From Gnetum montanum (taxonomy: Eukaryota; Plantae; Gnetophyta), in the NCBI GenBank assembly GCA_015680685.1, contig MNCI01002273.1, forward strand, positions 43,018-107,017: DNA of 64,000 nt, read 5' to 3'. This document shows positions 13,500-26,630 of the stretch, piece by piece (positions within the stretch are counted from its first letter, which is position 1; each line of letters begins with the position of its first letter). The notes under the pieces are model-generated. The model saw nothing but the letters and a program-made list of their open reading frames with translations. It was not told the origin of the DNA and made no database searches. A program made the position numbers and the translations under genes.

Positions 13500-16060
13500 T
13501 CTAAATCATCAAGAGATGGGCTAACCCATCAACATCTATGCTCTTATTGGAAACACATCTCTTGTAGCCCTTAAGGTGATGCCCAATGTTGCTCTTAAGG
13601 TCACCATGCAATTGCTTCAACACTAAAAGTCTCATGTTTGGGCTCTTAGTGAACACCTCTAGAGCTGTGTAAGCTAGGAGCAAAAAGTTGTCAATATTGA
13701 TTTGGCCTTGATCATTCATCCTAAACCTGAAAGTAGGTAAAAAAATAAACCATACATAGTTGTAACCTAAAACATGTAACATGAAAAGAATAATCAAGGT
13801 AGCAGTACTGCTTATCATTCTATGTGGTAGATGGTGCCTCGAGGATTTTGAAACCATGTATGGGCACAATGTCCCACAATTAAGGTGTTGTTCAAGTTAT
13901 ACTATCCAAATTTAGGCATGTTTTAAATTTGCAATAGTTTATGAGGATCCATAGTAGTTTTATCCTCATGTGTCTTCCTTCATAGTGTCATTAGGTTTAT
14001 CCATGATAAATTTTACAATGATACTAGAGAATCTAGGGATGATGGTCTCCATAATCATTACCACTACCTCAAACTTCAAGTGTGACCAAACTATCACATT
14101 GTAGTTTTGGAGTAGGTAGGATAGGAAGTCTAAGGCCCCATTCCTAAACCATACCTATGTTGATCGCCGTCCATTTCAAGACTTAGGGATTTGGGTGTTA
14201 GTATGTCAATGCAATACAATAGCTCCACCATCTCTCTCACCACTAGAATAGACTTCAGGAAGGCCTTGAAACATTTAACCACAACAATTACAACCATGAA
14301 AACTTAAAAATAAGTCCTTATAACCATATAAAATAGAAAAAATACCTAGTAAAAAATCAAAAACATGATCCAAGTCTACAACCAACATTCCATCAGATTT
14401 CACACTTAGCACCAAAAATGACTATAGGAAAACACTTAGAAAAAAATATGAATTTTTTTTATTTTATTCTAACCACTTCTATCCCATTATTGACATCCCA
14501 AAGAATCCCAAAGATCATGGAATGTTGATAGAAAAAATGTTTCACAACCTCAATGTTGCCCATCTTTAGAAGGGGTAAATGCATCATAGCCTTGTAACCA
14601 TGATTTCGTGCAACCGAATGGAAATAGCCATAACTAATTAACCACTTAATGATATTCAATGATTCCATAGCCATTGGAATCCTAGAAAACAAGCTATAAC
14701 TTATAATAAGAAATAATTAGAAATTTTGAATAATTTTTTAGAAAAAATTATGAAAATGCCTTGACCATGGCCATGAACATGAATCCCCTTTCATGCAGGG
14801 TTGGCAAAAATATTACCAAAAATTTGTCTAAGCACCAAATCGAGTAATTTCAACATCATTTGAAACCTTAAACTAACTCCTATGTGTTCATAGCTATAAA
14901 ACAATTTGAAACCATTGTCATGTTTTCAAAAACAAATTTGTGGACTTTCATGAAATTTAAAAAATGGAAAAGAACCCTATGTACATAACCCAACTCAAAT
15001 GACCATAACATCATTAGTACAACCCAAAATCAAATGGAACCATAACCCTCAGAAATATTGAACATAGTACTACAAATCCATAATAATAAAGTTTGAAAAT
15101 ATCCACCGTTTCCTTGGTAAAAAATACACAACATTGCTTGCTTTTTCACTCAAAAACCACAAAAATTGTAAGAACTAACTTAATCTATCCATCAATTATA
15201 GCAAATACAACCAAAATAACTCATAACCATTTGAAAATGCATCAAAATAAAGGGGTATGATTTTGTTAAAATCTAATTTTGGCAAGTCCTTTATCCTAGA
15301 TCTAAGGAAAACTATTCCATGTTCGTAAAGGTAGAATAAAGCACTAAAACAACTAGCCCATTTAAGAATCTAATTTGCCAAGAAAAAAACAACCAAATAA
15401 CCGTAGACATAAATAGAGATGAAAAAAAATAAGGTAGGATTTTCATGAAATTAAAGAATAACAAGTACATAATAATAGATCTTTAAAATAGAATAGAAAA
15501 TGAAAATGGAATAGAAAATCAGTGAGAATGGCCTACCTTGCAAAGGTGGTAGTTGAACTCATCCTAATCCTTGGATGTGGTAGAAGTGCTAAGGTTTTTG
15601 TAGTAGAGTCCACCACCTCCAATGTAGGATTCCTAAAAGGTGCCATTTTCTTGGTCATGATGCCAAAAAGGGAAGCAAGAAATGTGGAAACCCTTGTTCT
15701 TGGAATGACTACGCTATAGTAGGGCACCAATGGATGGACTATGCTGGTAGTAGGCCACTGATGAATGTTATTACATTAGAAATAGCTAGTGTGGAATGGC
15801 AATGTTGCCACTCAGTAGTAGCTACACTATGCTAATAGTATTCCAGGAAACAATCACTACTACATTGGTAGTGATTAGTAGGCAATGGCCAAGGTTGGTA
15901 GTAGATCACCAATAGTTGGACTACATTGGCAGTAGTCCATAGATGGTTGTTACTACACTAAATTTGAGCAGGAGGCAATAGTAATGGAGTTAGAGCTCTT
16001 CAAAAAGGTGCAAAAGTAAGGAGGTAGGAAGAAAATACAATTTGTGGGATGTTTTTATAG
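13500..16060 (-). pseudogene. Antisense FCP1/NIF-like gene of element D, truncated in the second coding exon
   Basis: TATAAA ~16054-16059 and donor at 15536. 450-nt exon 14265-13816 (VWFRNGALDFLSYLLQNYNVIVWSH...YNLNNTLIVGHCAHTWFQNPRGTIY; both splice sites decayed G>A). Next exon 13726-~13500 (FRMNDQG...TALEVF). Confidence 0.8.
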
Positions 16061-16349
16061 GTGTTCCAATCGAAAACGCTAGTTTCCTTTTGGAACTCTA
16101 CTTAACTTGGCCTCAAGAAATGGAAAATAGTACTATGCTAGGGTTCTATAATTTGTTTTTTCAAAAATTTCTATTTTTGAGTAGGCCTCACACTAGGCAC
16201 TCCAAAAATAATAAATAAACCATGACTACACTAAGAGTAATCAGTCTTCTAGCCAAACTACCTTGAAAGTTGTTAACTTAAGACTGTAAAACAATTATAA
16301 CATCTAGCTACCTCTACTTAAGAATATGACCAAGTACGATAGTTTTGGA

Positions 16350-19000
16350 TAAGATAAAAAGACTATACTAGAGGGGAGATAAGGACTATGCTCAGCCAAC
16401 ATAGTCATAACTACTACCAATGTAGTCCATGATGGGATGGACTTCCAAAAGCCTATCAACCCTCCAAATTAGTAGTATAACCTCACCAAACCATGGCTAG
16501 AACCCTCAATAACACCAAAACATGATCACAAGCAGTTTCACTTTGAAAAAAAATCAAACCTCGTCATTAACTACATTAAGAAAAGTGAGGGACTATGCTG
16601 GGCCAACAGAGTCTTGGATATTACCCTACATAGTCCAACATCACATCTTACCTTCTTACAATCCCAAGCAACCCATTCAATATATTCAACTCTTAGTTAA
16701 TCCAAAATCAATACATTATTTTCCCAAATCCTAGTTTGAGCCTCCAATGAGCCCAAAGCATGGCCAATTGTAGTAAATAGAGCCACTCTCTCCCTCTCCC
16801 TTGTGATTATGCTAGGGAAACTAGGGACTACAGTAGGCTAGCATAGTTATAGTCCAAGCCTAGTGTAGTCCCCTTGAAAGTCATCAAAAAATCTCAAAAA
16901 TCATGAAAACTTGACTCTAGTAGACGTTGAAACCCTAGTTTGATTGCATATGGCCATGAAACCTAGTTTCCTTCATAGTTTGACATTCATTATAAGGACT
17001 ACACTAAGGGGAGGAAGAGAACTGTGCTGGGCTAGCATAGCCCATGTCAAAGCCTAGCATAGTGCATCCCAAATTGGAGAATCCACCAAGAAAACATAAA
17101 AAAACTAACCTCTAGAAAACTATAGAACTCCTTTCCAAGCTACATGAGAACAAAGTTTGCATTTATCACCAATTTGGCCATCATAAACTTGGTCTCTATT
17201 AGGGAAGATGAGGACTACATTGGGCCAATGTAGTCCCAGTCCAAGCCCAACATAGTCCCCTTGAAAAATTATGAAAAACCTAAAAAAACATGATAATTGA
17301 CACCTAAAATCATAAAATGCCATTTGAGGCCTTCTAGAATTGAAACCTACAATTTTTTAGAGTTTTTCACCTTTCTAACTTGGGCTATACTAAGAGGAGA
17401 GGAAGACTACATTGGGCTAGCATAGTCCCCACTCAAAGCCTACTGTAGTCCCTAAACAATTATCAAAAACCCATCCCAAGTGACTTAGGACCATTGTTGA
17501 CAAACCTTGTAAGCTTGCCCAAGCCTTTGTGACCTTAAAACTTAATTTTCCCATGATTGTTAACTGCCATAAACTTGACTACATTGAGGCAAGTTTGGAA
17601 CTATGTTGGGCTAGTGTAGTCCCTCTTGAATCCCAACATAGTCCACCACATGAACTTTACAATAGTCCAAAAATCACTTAGAAAACACCTATATTGACTA
17701 TAAAACCTTGCTAGGACACATTAAGACTACCAAACTTTGTATTTGAGTCAAAATTTATCATTTTTTAGGCTCTCAACGCTTGACTATGCTAAGGAGAGAT
17801 TGGTACTACTCTAGGCTAGTGTAGTCCCTATCAAACCCTAGCATAGTCCATACCAACTTACCAGAGAGATATAAAATCCACTTCTAATGAGCCTTGGAGC
17901 CTTATCGAGGTCTAAAAAACAAAAGAGTCAATCTTTTTCCATCATTTTTTTATCATCAAAGCTTTGGCTACACTTGAGAAAGTTGGGACTACATTGGGCC
18001 AACATAGTCCCTCTCTAGATCTAGTGTATCCACATAAACTTATCAAAACATTGATCAAAATAGCTTACATTATACATTCATAAGTCATGGGGCCCACCAA
18101 AGTTGATTCCTACAACCTAAATCCATTTTTAACCTTCCCAACTTAACTACACTAGCAAGGAGACTAGGACTATGCTGGGCGAGTGTAGTCTCTACCCAAG
18201 CCTAGTGTAGTCCCTTCAAAAATGGCCAAAATTGCCTCATAATTGCCAAAATCAACTTCCAAAAACACCCAGAACCTTGCCAGAACATGTCCAAACCATA
18301 GAACATTATAAAACAAGTCAAAATCCATTCTTGTTCAAACCTTTTTCAATCTAGAATCCTTAACTATGTTGGGGACTACATGCCCAGTGTAGTGCCATGC
18401 TTTTTAGCCATCCAAGGATCAAGCAGGCATGCAAACTAGTAGTTTTTACACCAAGGCCCTATCCAGCAACACTAGTAACCCTAGAAGCTCATTAGGATGG
18501 TTGATCGAGCCTCAAAACTAACCAAAATTCATTTTCCACTCTTAACTATGTTAAGGAAGCTAGGGACTATGTTGGACTAGCATAGTCCCACTAGGAAGGG
18601 AAAATGTGGTAATGATAATTGATAGAAAGTAGCTAAGAATGATCTAAATTTGACCTAGCATGATAAGAACCTTATCCCCATGGCTCCCAAGTATTATTTT
18701 CACTTTGTTTTGGTCCTAGAAATCCCATGAACTCATGAATCTCCTTGTGAATATGCTGGGGCCTAGTATCCTGGCGTAGTCATCACTATTAACAAGCTTT
18801 TTCCACCTTTTGAGGGTCTAAATGGTGTCAAAACTTGTCAATCTTGAACTTGTACCACATGAACTAGTTGTTTAGAGCACTAGAAGCTCAAAAATGATCA
18901 TGCCAAGCCCTAGAAACAACCCTTCAAGGTAAACTACACTAGGAGAAGGTGAGACTATTCTAGGCCAATGTAGTCACAACAAAGATGCCAATTTTGCTCT
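16350..19000. repeat. ~200-bp-period array, about 14 units, each with the palindrome GACTACGCTGG-G-CCAGCGTAGTC (CpG-decayed)
   Basis: Variants such as gactatgctgggccaacagagtc, gactacattgggctagcatagtc and gactatgctgggcgagtgtagtc at ~16380, 16590, 16825, 17020, 17210, 17405, 17600, 17805, 17985, 18165, 18375, 18565, 18750 and 18950. Confidence 0.8.
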
Positions 19001-19439
19001 GAAATAGTCTCAAAACAACCTTCTCATGTGTCCAAACTCTCTCAAAAACCCTGTAGCCCCATATGATGCTTCTCTAATGTCTAAAATTGGTGAAATCTAC
19101 CCTTTTTTGATCAGTATCAGCCAATTTTTTCCATGTGTATTCCATTCTTACAGATTCAACCTTATTTTTGGCCTTGTTTTGCATTATTGACCTACTTTCT
19201 CATTAATTGACTTTATATAGCCTTCATTCAACTTTCTATTTTAACATATTCACCTTATTTTCTCTATCATGATCTTTGATGGACCTTATGTAACTTTTGT
19301 TTAATCCCATTAGTCATTATTTATCTATTATGGCCTTAGTTGACCTTGTTTTCATTTTTTATCATTGGAATAGTATGTGTTTACATGGTTACCAAAGTAT
19401 TTTATATCATTTTAGCATGGTTTGCTTATTTTTACCTAC

Positions 19440-21104
19440 GTGCCACTTAATGTGCTTATGGTTGATATGTTGGATTGAAGTATGGACACGTGGAAGCAAA
19501 TTACCTTGCCTTAGAGCTTGAGTGGGCCTCATGGTAATGTTGAATGATGCATCAATCTTGATTTTCTAGACCTTGAGCTTAAGAATCTTGATAACCATAT
19601 AGCCTTAATTTAAAAACTTATAGAATGGCTTATAAACATAGTTAAAACCCTTGACCTTAAGACTGATGACATAACTGAAGACTCTCTAGCTAAGGTTCTT
19701 GTCACAACACATAGTGGTGAGGAGAAAATCCTTAATCTAAGTTCCTTGATGGAACCTCAATAGGCTCAAGATATCACCAAGGTCCTACAAGATAACATAA
19801 TGTCTTTGCCTAGTCATATGAGGATATGCTAGGCCTAGACCCATGTCTAGTCTAACAAAAAATCATCCTTGATCCTCGCATTAGACCAATTAAGAAAAAA
19901 GTGTGTAAGATTAGACATGACTTAGCCTTGAAAATTTGTGATGAAATTACAAAGTTATACTAAGCTAGTTTTATTAGAGCTATTGACTATGTAGAATGAG
20001 TGTCTCACGTAGTGATAGTTCCTAAGAAAAATGGAAGTATTCATATTTGTATTGATTTCTGAGACCTAAATAAAGTAACCATCAAGGATGACTTTTCTTT
20101 ATCTAGTATTGATCAACTCATTGATACCATGGTTGGACATGTCTTATTGTCCTTTAGAAATGGGTTCTCAAGATATAACTATATTAGAATCAACCCAGAA
20201 CATCAACTTACCATAACCTCCATGACTCCTTAGGGTACCTTTTACTATACTATGATGTCCTTTGGCCTTAAAAATATAGGAGCAACCTATCAAAGATCTA
20301 TGACATATATCTTTAGTGATTACATGTTAGGATTACTCAATGATTATGTAGATGATATAGTTGTTAAGTCCAAAGTGACCAATGATCATGCTAATGACTT
20401 GGACCTTATGCTTAAATAATTCCTTAAGTTTGAACTTAGAATTAATCCTAACAAGTGTGTCTTTGATGTCAAGATTGATAAGATGCTTAGCTTTGTATTA
20501 TCTAAAGTAGGGATATGCCATCTCCAAATTGGTAGCACCAACTAACATTAAGGAGCTNTTTATTCAATAAGAATACTAGTGCTAGATAATACTTCTCTAG
20601 TTTAGAATATCTGGTATAATGGGAAACTAATGCATGACTAAGGTAATATATTGACATTTTTGCATAATCATCACATTTTTTATTGAGTAAAAAGGCAATG
20701 GATGTGTCAGAGATGGAAAGGTAGATATAAAATTATTTACCCTCTTGAGGAGGATATACTAATGGAAGTTGCACCAACTCTTACTTAAGGTTTTCAAAGG
20801 CTTCTTAGTAGTGAGTTGTCCACTTGTAGTGCACTCTTTCCTTAAGCAAGTGTTGCACGAGTTGTAAATTATTTGTAAGCCTAGTAATGAACCTATGAAT
20901 AAATGTTAATCTACCTTGTAGTCCTTGAAGCTCCTTAATGTTAGTTGGTGCTACCAATTTGGAGATGGCATATCCCTACTTTAGATAATACAAAGCTAAG
21001 CATCTTATCAATCTTGACATCAAAGACACACTTGTTAGGATTAATTCTAAGTTCAAACTTAAGGAATTATTTAAGCATAAGGTCCAAGTCATTAGCATGA
21101 TCAT
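19440..21104 (+). pseudogene. pol: RT and RNase H of element D (20559-21104 is a mis-oriented contig that continues it)
   Basis: VFA*SYEDMLGLDP, CIDF*DLNK, FGLKNIGATYQR, YVDD (~20345). The inverted piece gives LQGRLTFIHRFI...IYYLSHALV...YYLALVF. Confidence 0.9.
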
Positions 21105-21913
21105 NCAGAAAAGCCTCCAATAGCCCCAAAAAGCCTCTAGAACTCAACATTATCCTTCATCTTAGCTCTGATGTCCCTCTGGCAACCAAGATCAATAGTT
21201 TGCATTTCTTTTCCATCCCCATTGGTTCCAAAAAGTTTTCCTATGCTTGAACCTACTCAAAAGAGGGGAAAGATGTAGTCTCAGAGATTAGCCTCCAAGT
21301 TGTACTAGTTTGACACTATTTGTAGGTACATTGCAGTCTCTCAAACTCTAGCACATGCATTCTAGGTAGTGTGGTCACAATTTAGTAGTCACTAGGTACC
21401 TGTTGCTATCCTTGAAAGCATAACACTTTTGCTACTCTCATGAGAGTGTAACATGTCATTGTAACCCTATCTATGCTCATGCCATGTGGCACCCATGCCA
21501 TGTGGTGCTTGCTCTGTGTTTCATGATAAAACTAGTACTATAAATACCTTGATGTTCAATACTCTAGGACTTGGAAAAATCAAAAGAGCATTGGGCATTT
21601 TAGTTATCTCAGCATTACCGACACTCTTGCACCTGAGTACCCAAGCTTCACACCTTGTTACCTCCCAAAACATAGTCCACCATTGTACCCATAGAACACA
21701 ACAATGGCCAACCTAGTAGGCTTAGCCTCTATTATANGGACATTACAGAAAAGCCTCCAATAGCCCCAAAAATCCTCTAGAACTCAACATTATCCTTCAT
21801 CTTAGCTCTGATGTCCCTCTGGCAACCAAGATCAATAGTTTGCATTTCTTTTCCATCCCCATTGGTCCCAAAAAGTTTTCCTATGCTTGAACCTACTCAA
21901 AAGAGGGGAAAGA

Positions 21914-22866
21914 CGTAGTCTCAGAGATTAGCCTCCAAGTTGTACTAGTTTGACACTATTTGTAGGTACATTGCAGTCTCTCAAACTCTAGCACATGCAT
22001 TCTAGGTAGTGTGGTCACAATTTAGTAGTCACTAGGTACCTGTTGCTATCCTTGAAAGCATAACACTTTTGCTACTCTCATGAGAGTGTAACATGTCATT
22101 GTAACCCTATCTATGCTCATGCCATGTGGCACCCATGCCATGTGGTGCTTGCTCTGTGTTTCATGATAAAACTAGTACTATAAATACCTTGATGTTCAAT
22201 ACTCTAGGACTTGGAAAAATCAAAAGAGCATTGGGCATTTTAGTTATCTCAGCATTACCGACACTCTTGCACCTGAGTACCCAAGCTTCACACCTTGTTA
22301 CCTCCCAAAACATAGTCCACCATTGTACCCATAGAACACAACAATGGCCAACCTAGTAGGCTTAGCCTCTATTATAGCTACTAACTCAGTGTCTTGGACA
22401 TTCCAAAGACTATGACTATACTACTATGCTACCACCATGCCTACTTGATGCCATGTATTATTTTCACCTCCTATCTAGCAAAAGTTACACTCCCTAGTTT
22501 TAGGGTGGTGCATTTCTTAGTTTTTAAGCTCTATTTCATTTCTTTTCTAAGAATTTTTCTTTGATATTAAGCATAAATCTTACATTTCTCTACTATTCAA
22601 TATATATTTGCATGCTCACATCACTATTTTTGGGTCAGGACTCTCTACCACACTCTTGCTTGCTATCCCGATGTCTACACGTAATGCTATACAAACCAGT
22701 CTTACAAATGATTATTTTAACACCACATAAGTCCCTATCTGATTAACCAAACCATTCAAGCCACCTCTTTTCCATTTATTAGCATGGCCCTCACATGGAT
22801 TTGAGGTCAGGCTATACATTGGTTGACCTCTAAGTGTTCTAGACATTGATGTTTTCAGACATCACA
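21914..22866 (+). repeat. LTR (~0.95 kb) between element D and element C internal regions
   Basis: Preceded by PPT CAAAAGAGGGGAAAGA (TG start seen in the duplicate at 21274). TATAAATA ~22179. Ends CATCACA; U5 homologous to the A LTR; followed by a PBS. Confidence 0.8.
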
Positions 22867-22871
22867 GTTTT

Positions 22872-22888
22872 TGATGCTAAAAGAAGGG
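22872..22888 (+). promoter_or_regulatory. Primer-binding site of element C (tRNA-Asn-like, decayed)
   Basis: TGATGCTAAAAGAAGGG, 5 nt after the LTR; differs from TGGCGCTAGAAGAAGGG of element B only by transitions. Confidence 0.7.
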
Positions 22889-23340
22889 CCTCCCATTCCT
22901 TCTGTGTTCAAGGGTAGTCCCACGTGCTTTCTATACCTCTATCACTAGTGGTAAGCTAGCATAGACATAACACCCCTATGGACCTATCACAATAGTAGCT
23001 AGATCATAGACCAGTCTAGGAGTTTTCTACGTTTTGGTTGTTCTACATCAGTCCCAATTATTAGTTCCCCTGGAACCTTGTAGGACAAAAAGCCCAACTA
23101 TGTTTGTTGTGTAAAGCTTTGAGTGCTCTGGAGAGCATAACAACACTTTAGAGTGTAATAATCCCTCAAATCATAATGAGCGTAATGCTAGAGTTAGTCA
23201 CTTTTTCATAGCATTTCTAGAGTTGGTCATTTTTAACCTATTTTCATAGTTTTCATACTTAACTATTTTTTTTCAATGGTTTTTTCACTATAATGTTTTC
23301 TATTAGCACTTTCTCCTCTTCCATTTTTCTAAGTAGAAAC

Positions 23341-25775
23341 ATGAATTCCATGAACACGTCCACATTTTTCTTGAGCATGGAGGTTGCTCATCCTATTCAA
23401 CAAGGAGTAGACATTGAGCAACCCCCCAGTCTAGTATGACCTCAATGGCAGTCTCTCAGACTACATAATCGATTTCCTGAATATATCACATTAGACAAAG
23501 AATAGTACAGCTTTCTTTATGCAAAGCTTTTGAAGGGCCTTTCATTAGATCACCAAGAAATAGAAACAAAGTGTAATTTTGAAATCATTCATCAAAATGA
23601 GAAGGAGTTTCTTCCCGCCCCTGATGCAATCATCCTAGTCACCAACACCTTTAGGTGGCTCCTAGACCAACTTATTAGGATGAGTGGGCTAAAAGAACAA
23701 GATGTGATATCAAACTATGATGAGCCCCTATAGGATGGACAAGAGGAGCTTGAGTCTTATTCAAGTAGTAGTGTTCCATTTTATGTCTCTATCTAATAAC
23801 CTACCTCTACTTTTATGCCACACCAGTCACCATCCTCTTCCTTCTTTGAGGTAGTGGTGACACTTTTGCAACCTAAGTGCACGCTTGTGGTAGCTAGCCA
23901 CCAAGTCTTGCATGCACAACAAAGTGTAGGACCTTCTACCACTCTCCCCTTCATCATCCCCTCCTAGTCTATGTAGCCTTCCATGTTGGCATCCATGATG
24001 CTGACACTACCATATGTACATGATATCCATATCTTAGTTGCAAACAAGTCAGATGTCCTTCATCCTAGCCATCTCAGTAGCACCTTCGACAATAGCCCAA
24101 GCCCCAACTGTGTGCTAGGTTGCAACCTTTGTGCCTATGGCATAGTTGTCACACATGCCATAATACATGCAATCGAAGGCTCAAAAAGCATCACATGTGG
24201 TAACAAAATCCACAATTGGGTTGTGGACCACTTTGATGTCACCACCAATAGCATAACTAGTGCAAACCTTTATGGAATCCTTGAGTTTAGACCAAGGATT
24301 CCAACTCATCCAAACTCTCATGGAGAAGGTTCGGTGGCTTAAAGTAGCCAACTCAGAAATGGTCCATGTGATATACTTCTATAAAGATGATCCCATTAGT
24401 CCTATGGTCCTAGCACTAAATTTGCCTCCTAAGGTCCAACTTCAAAAAAATACAATGGTGATGAGGACCCCAACACCCACCTGGTAACTTTCCATTCTAA
24501 ATGCTTTCTTTTGAAAGTGTGGCCACATGTAATCATCCATGTCTTTGCCATGTCCTTGACTAGCAAAGCTCTCGATTGGTACCTTGCACTTCCTAGAGCT
24601 TCCATTTTGACTTTGGAGGAGCTACTCAGCTAATTTGTGATCCACTTCAAGTACAACTTGAAGCCCAAGGCCACTCTAGACCAACTAATGAACATCATGC
24701 AAGGGGTGCTAGAGCTGATACAAAAATTTATACAAGTTTGTAGTGATTTCCTAAATGAAATTCATGAGTCGATAGTAGAAAATTACCTTCTAGCTATCTT
24801 TAAGGGTATAGTAAATGACTTTATCAAGTCAAAGTTGTACTATTTATCCCTACATTTTCTCAACCAAGTTGTTGCTTAAACAAAGAGCATACAAGACATA
24901 GTGGAACTTAGTAAGGACCTATTCTATGTGGCCTACAAAAACACACATGTAGAAAAGGACAAAGAAAAGGGGAAGGCCACAATAACCATTATAGTTGTGG
25001 CTGATGAAACCAAATCCAACAACACTATGCCAAAGACCAAGGAACCTAAAGCCCTAGCCAACAACAAGGCATCAGGTTCTAGCATGGTGGGAACCAACAA
25101 ACCTACATCATCAATGGCCATGGGGCAAGCTCTCCAAAGGTCAAACTTTGAGTGCAAGGATCACTCAAAGTACATCCCCTTGCCCATCAAGCTATTAAAG
25201 CTCTTAAACTAGTTTCTTAGTGCTGGATGCATTCAACATGAAAAAATTTTTTAGGATGCATGAAGATGCCATGAGAGGTACTATGAAGTCTTTAAAAACC
25301 CTTATACAGCTATGTCAAATGAGTCCTTGATCCCTAAATACTTTAGATTGGTTAGATTCTACAACTACCACTAGTTGCATGGCCATCACATAGACTACTA
25401 CTTGGCATTGAAAGATTACATTCAATGCATGATTAATTAAGGCAAACTAGTCCTTGATGAAAGTAGTCTTGTATAGCTAGAAAACCAATCCATGAAGGTA
25501 TAAAAAGACCCACTCAATGCTAGTAGTACAAGGTATATCATCAATGCCATTAGTGTTGATGACAATGTAGAACTAGCACATGAATCATTTGTGGTTTGTG
25601 TGTCCTCTAGTGACACTAGGGCCTCAACGTCAACTAGATCATAGTCCTCTTTCATCATTAAAGAACCACCTTGAGCACCCATGACACCCTTTGTGGGTAG
25701 GGCCCCACAACACGTTGTCGCAATGGTAACCTAGACACATTTTGTCATTAGGATGCTAAGATGTGTAGATCCCCT
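23341..25775 (+). pseudogene. gag: gag of element C (5' part)
   Basis: YNGDEDPNTHLV..F...WPHVIIHVFAMSLTSKALDWY (~24450-24580); decayed Zn-knuckle ~25355-25420; homologous to B gag. Confidence 0.85.
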
Positions 25776-26630
25776 TGTACCTCCTGAAAACGCCGATCTC
25801 CAGTTGGAAGGAAACAGAGACCGTGGGAATCACAGGGCGAGCACAAAAGACCCTACCTTCGCCTGAGGGAAAGTTGGAATGCACGAAGGCAGAGTACCTT
25901 GGGTGGTCCGCACGAGGATCAGACAAGGATTTCCCTGAACGTACACCGAAGTGCTATACGCTGCGTTATACGTAAACGGTGTAACGGGCGTAAACAGAGC
26001 GTAAACAATGTAAACGATGCAAATAGAGCGTAAACGTAAACAGAGTACATATAAGAATTAATGCACACTGTGAACGATCATGGGAAGAAAATTTAACAAT
26101 GGCATTATAGAATGAAAGTACAATGCACCAGTCTAATGCAGTTGTGAGTCGAACACAAGGTGGACGAAAGCCCCGGTGGGTGTAGGGAGGATTGCGACTG
26201 GTTCACTGTAAGCACGACGTAGAGACAGTATACTCAGCGTACAGGGTCGTCCAGCGTAAGAGGTTTGGAGCTCTGGTTCGCAGCGTCTCTGATCTCTGAT
26301 GTGATCTGGGAATTTTCCAACCGACCCCCCCCTTGGATTTAGTGAAAAATTGGGGTTTTATATAGGGTTTTAACAGTGGACTCGGGTTGGGAGACATATG
26401 GCACGTTGACCGGGTGCAAGATATGTTACAATTGGACAGCATATAGCACGCCAGTGTATAGGATGCCAGCATAGAGGATGCCAGTGTAGAGGATTCCAGC
26501 ATACAAGATGCTAGCATATAGGATGCCAGCGTAGAGGATGCTAGCGTACAGGATGCCAGCGTAGAGGATGCTAGCATAGAGGATGCCAGCGTACAGGATG
26601 CTAGCGTAGAGGATGCCAGCGTACAGGATG
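25776..26630 (-). repeat. 3' LTR of B (partial, runs into the gap), including 15-bp tandem repeats GCGTAGAGGATGCCA at ~26445-26630
   Basis: Collinear with 33226-34100; minus-strand TATA at ~26356-26364. Confidence 0.85.

Noticed and set aside
16350-19000. CRISPR-like repeat-spacer appearance
   Set aside because: Repeats are degenerate, spacers are ~170 bp and partly related, there are no cas genes, and the context is a plant retroelement.
20382-21104. Perfect 176-bp inverted repeat in D RT
   Set aside because: The segment is bounded by single Ns (20558, 21105) and simply continues RT-RH when flipped: a mis-oriented contig overlap.
21106-22376. Near-identical tandem duplication (640-bp offset) and twin 76-aa ORFs
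   Set aside because: Copies abut Ns (21105, 21737); scaffold overlap artefact.
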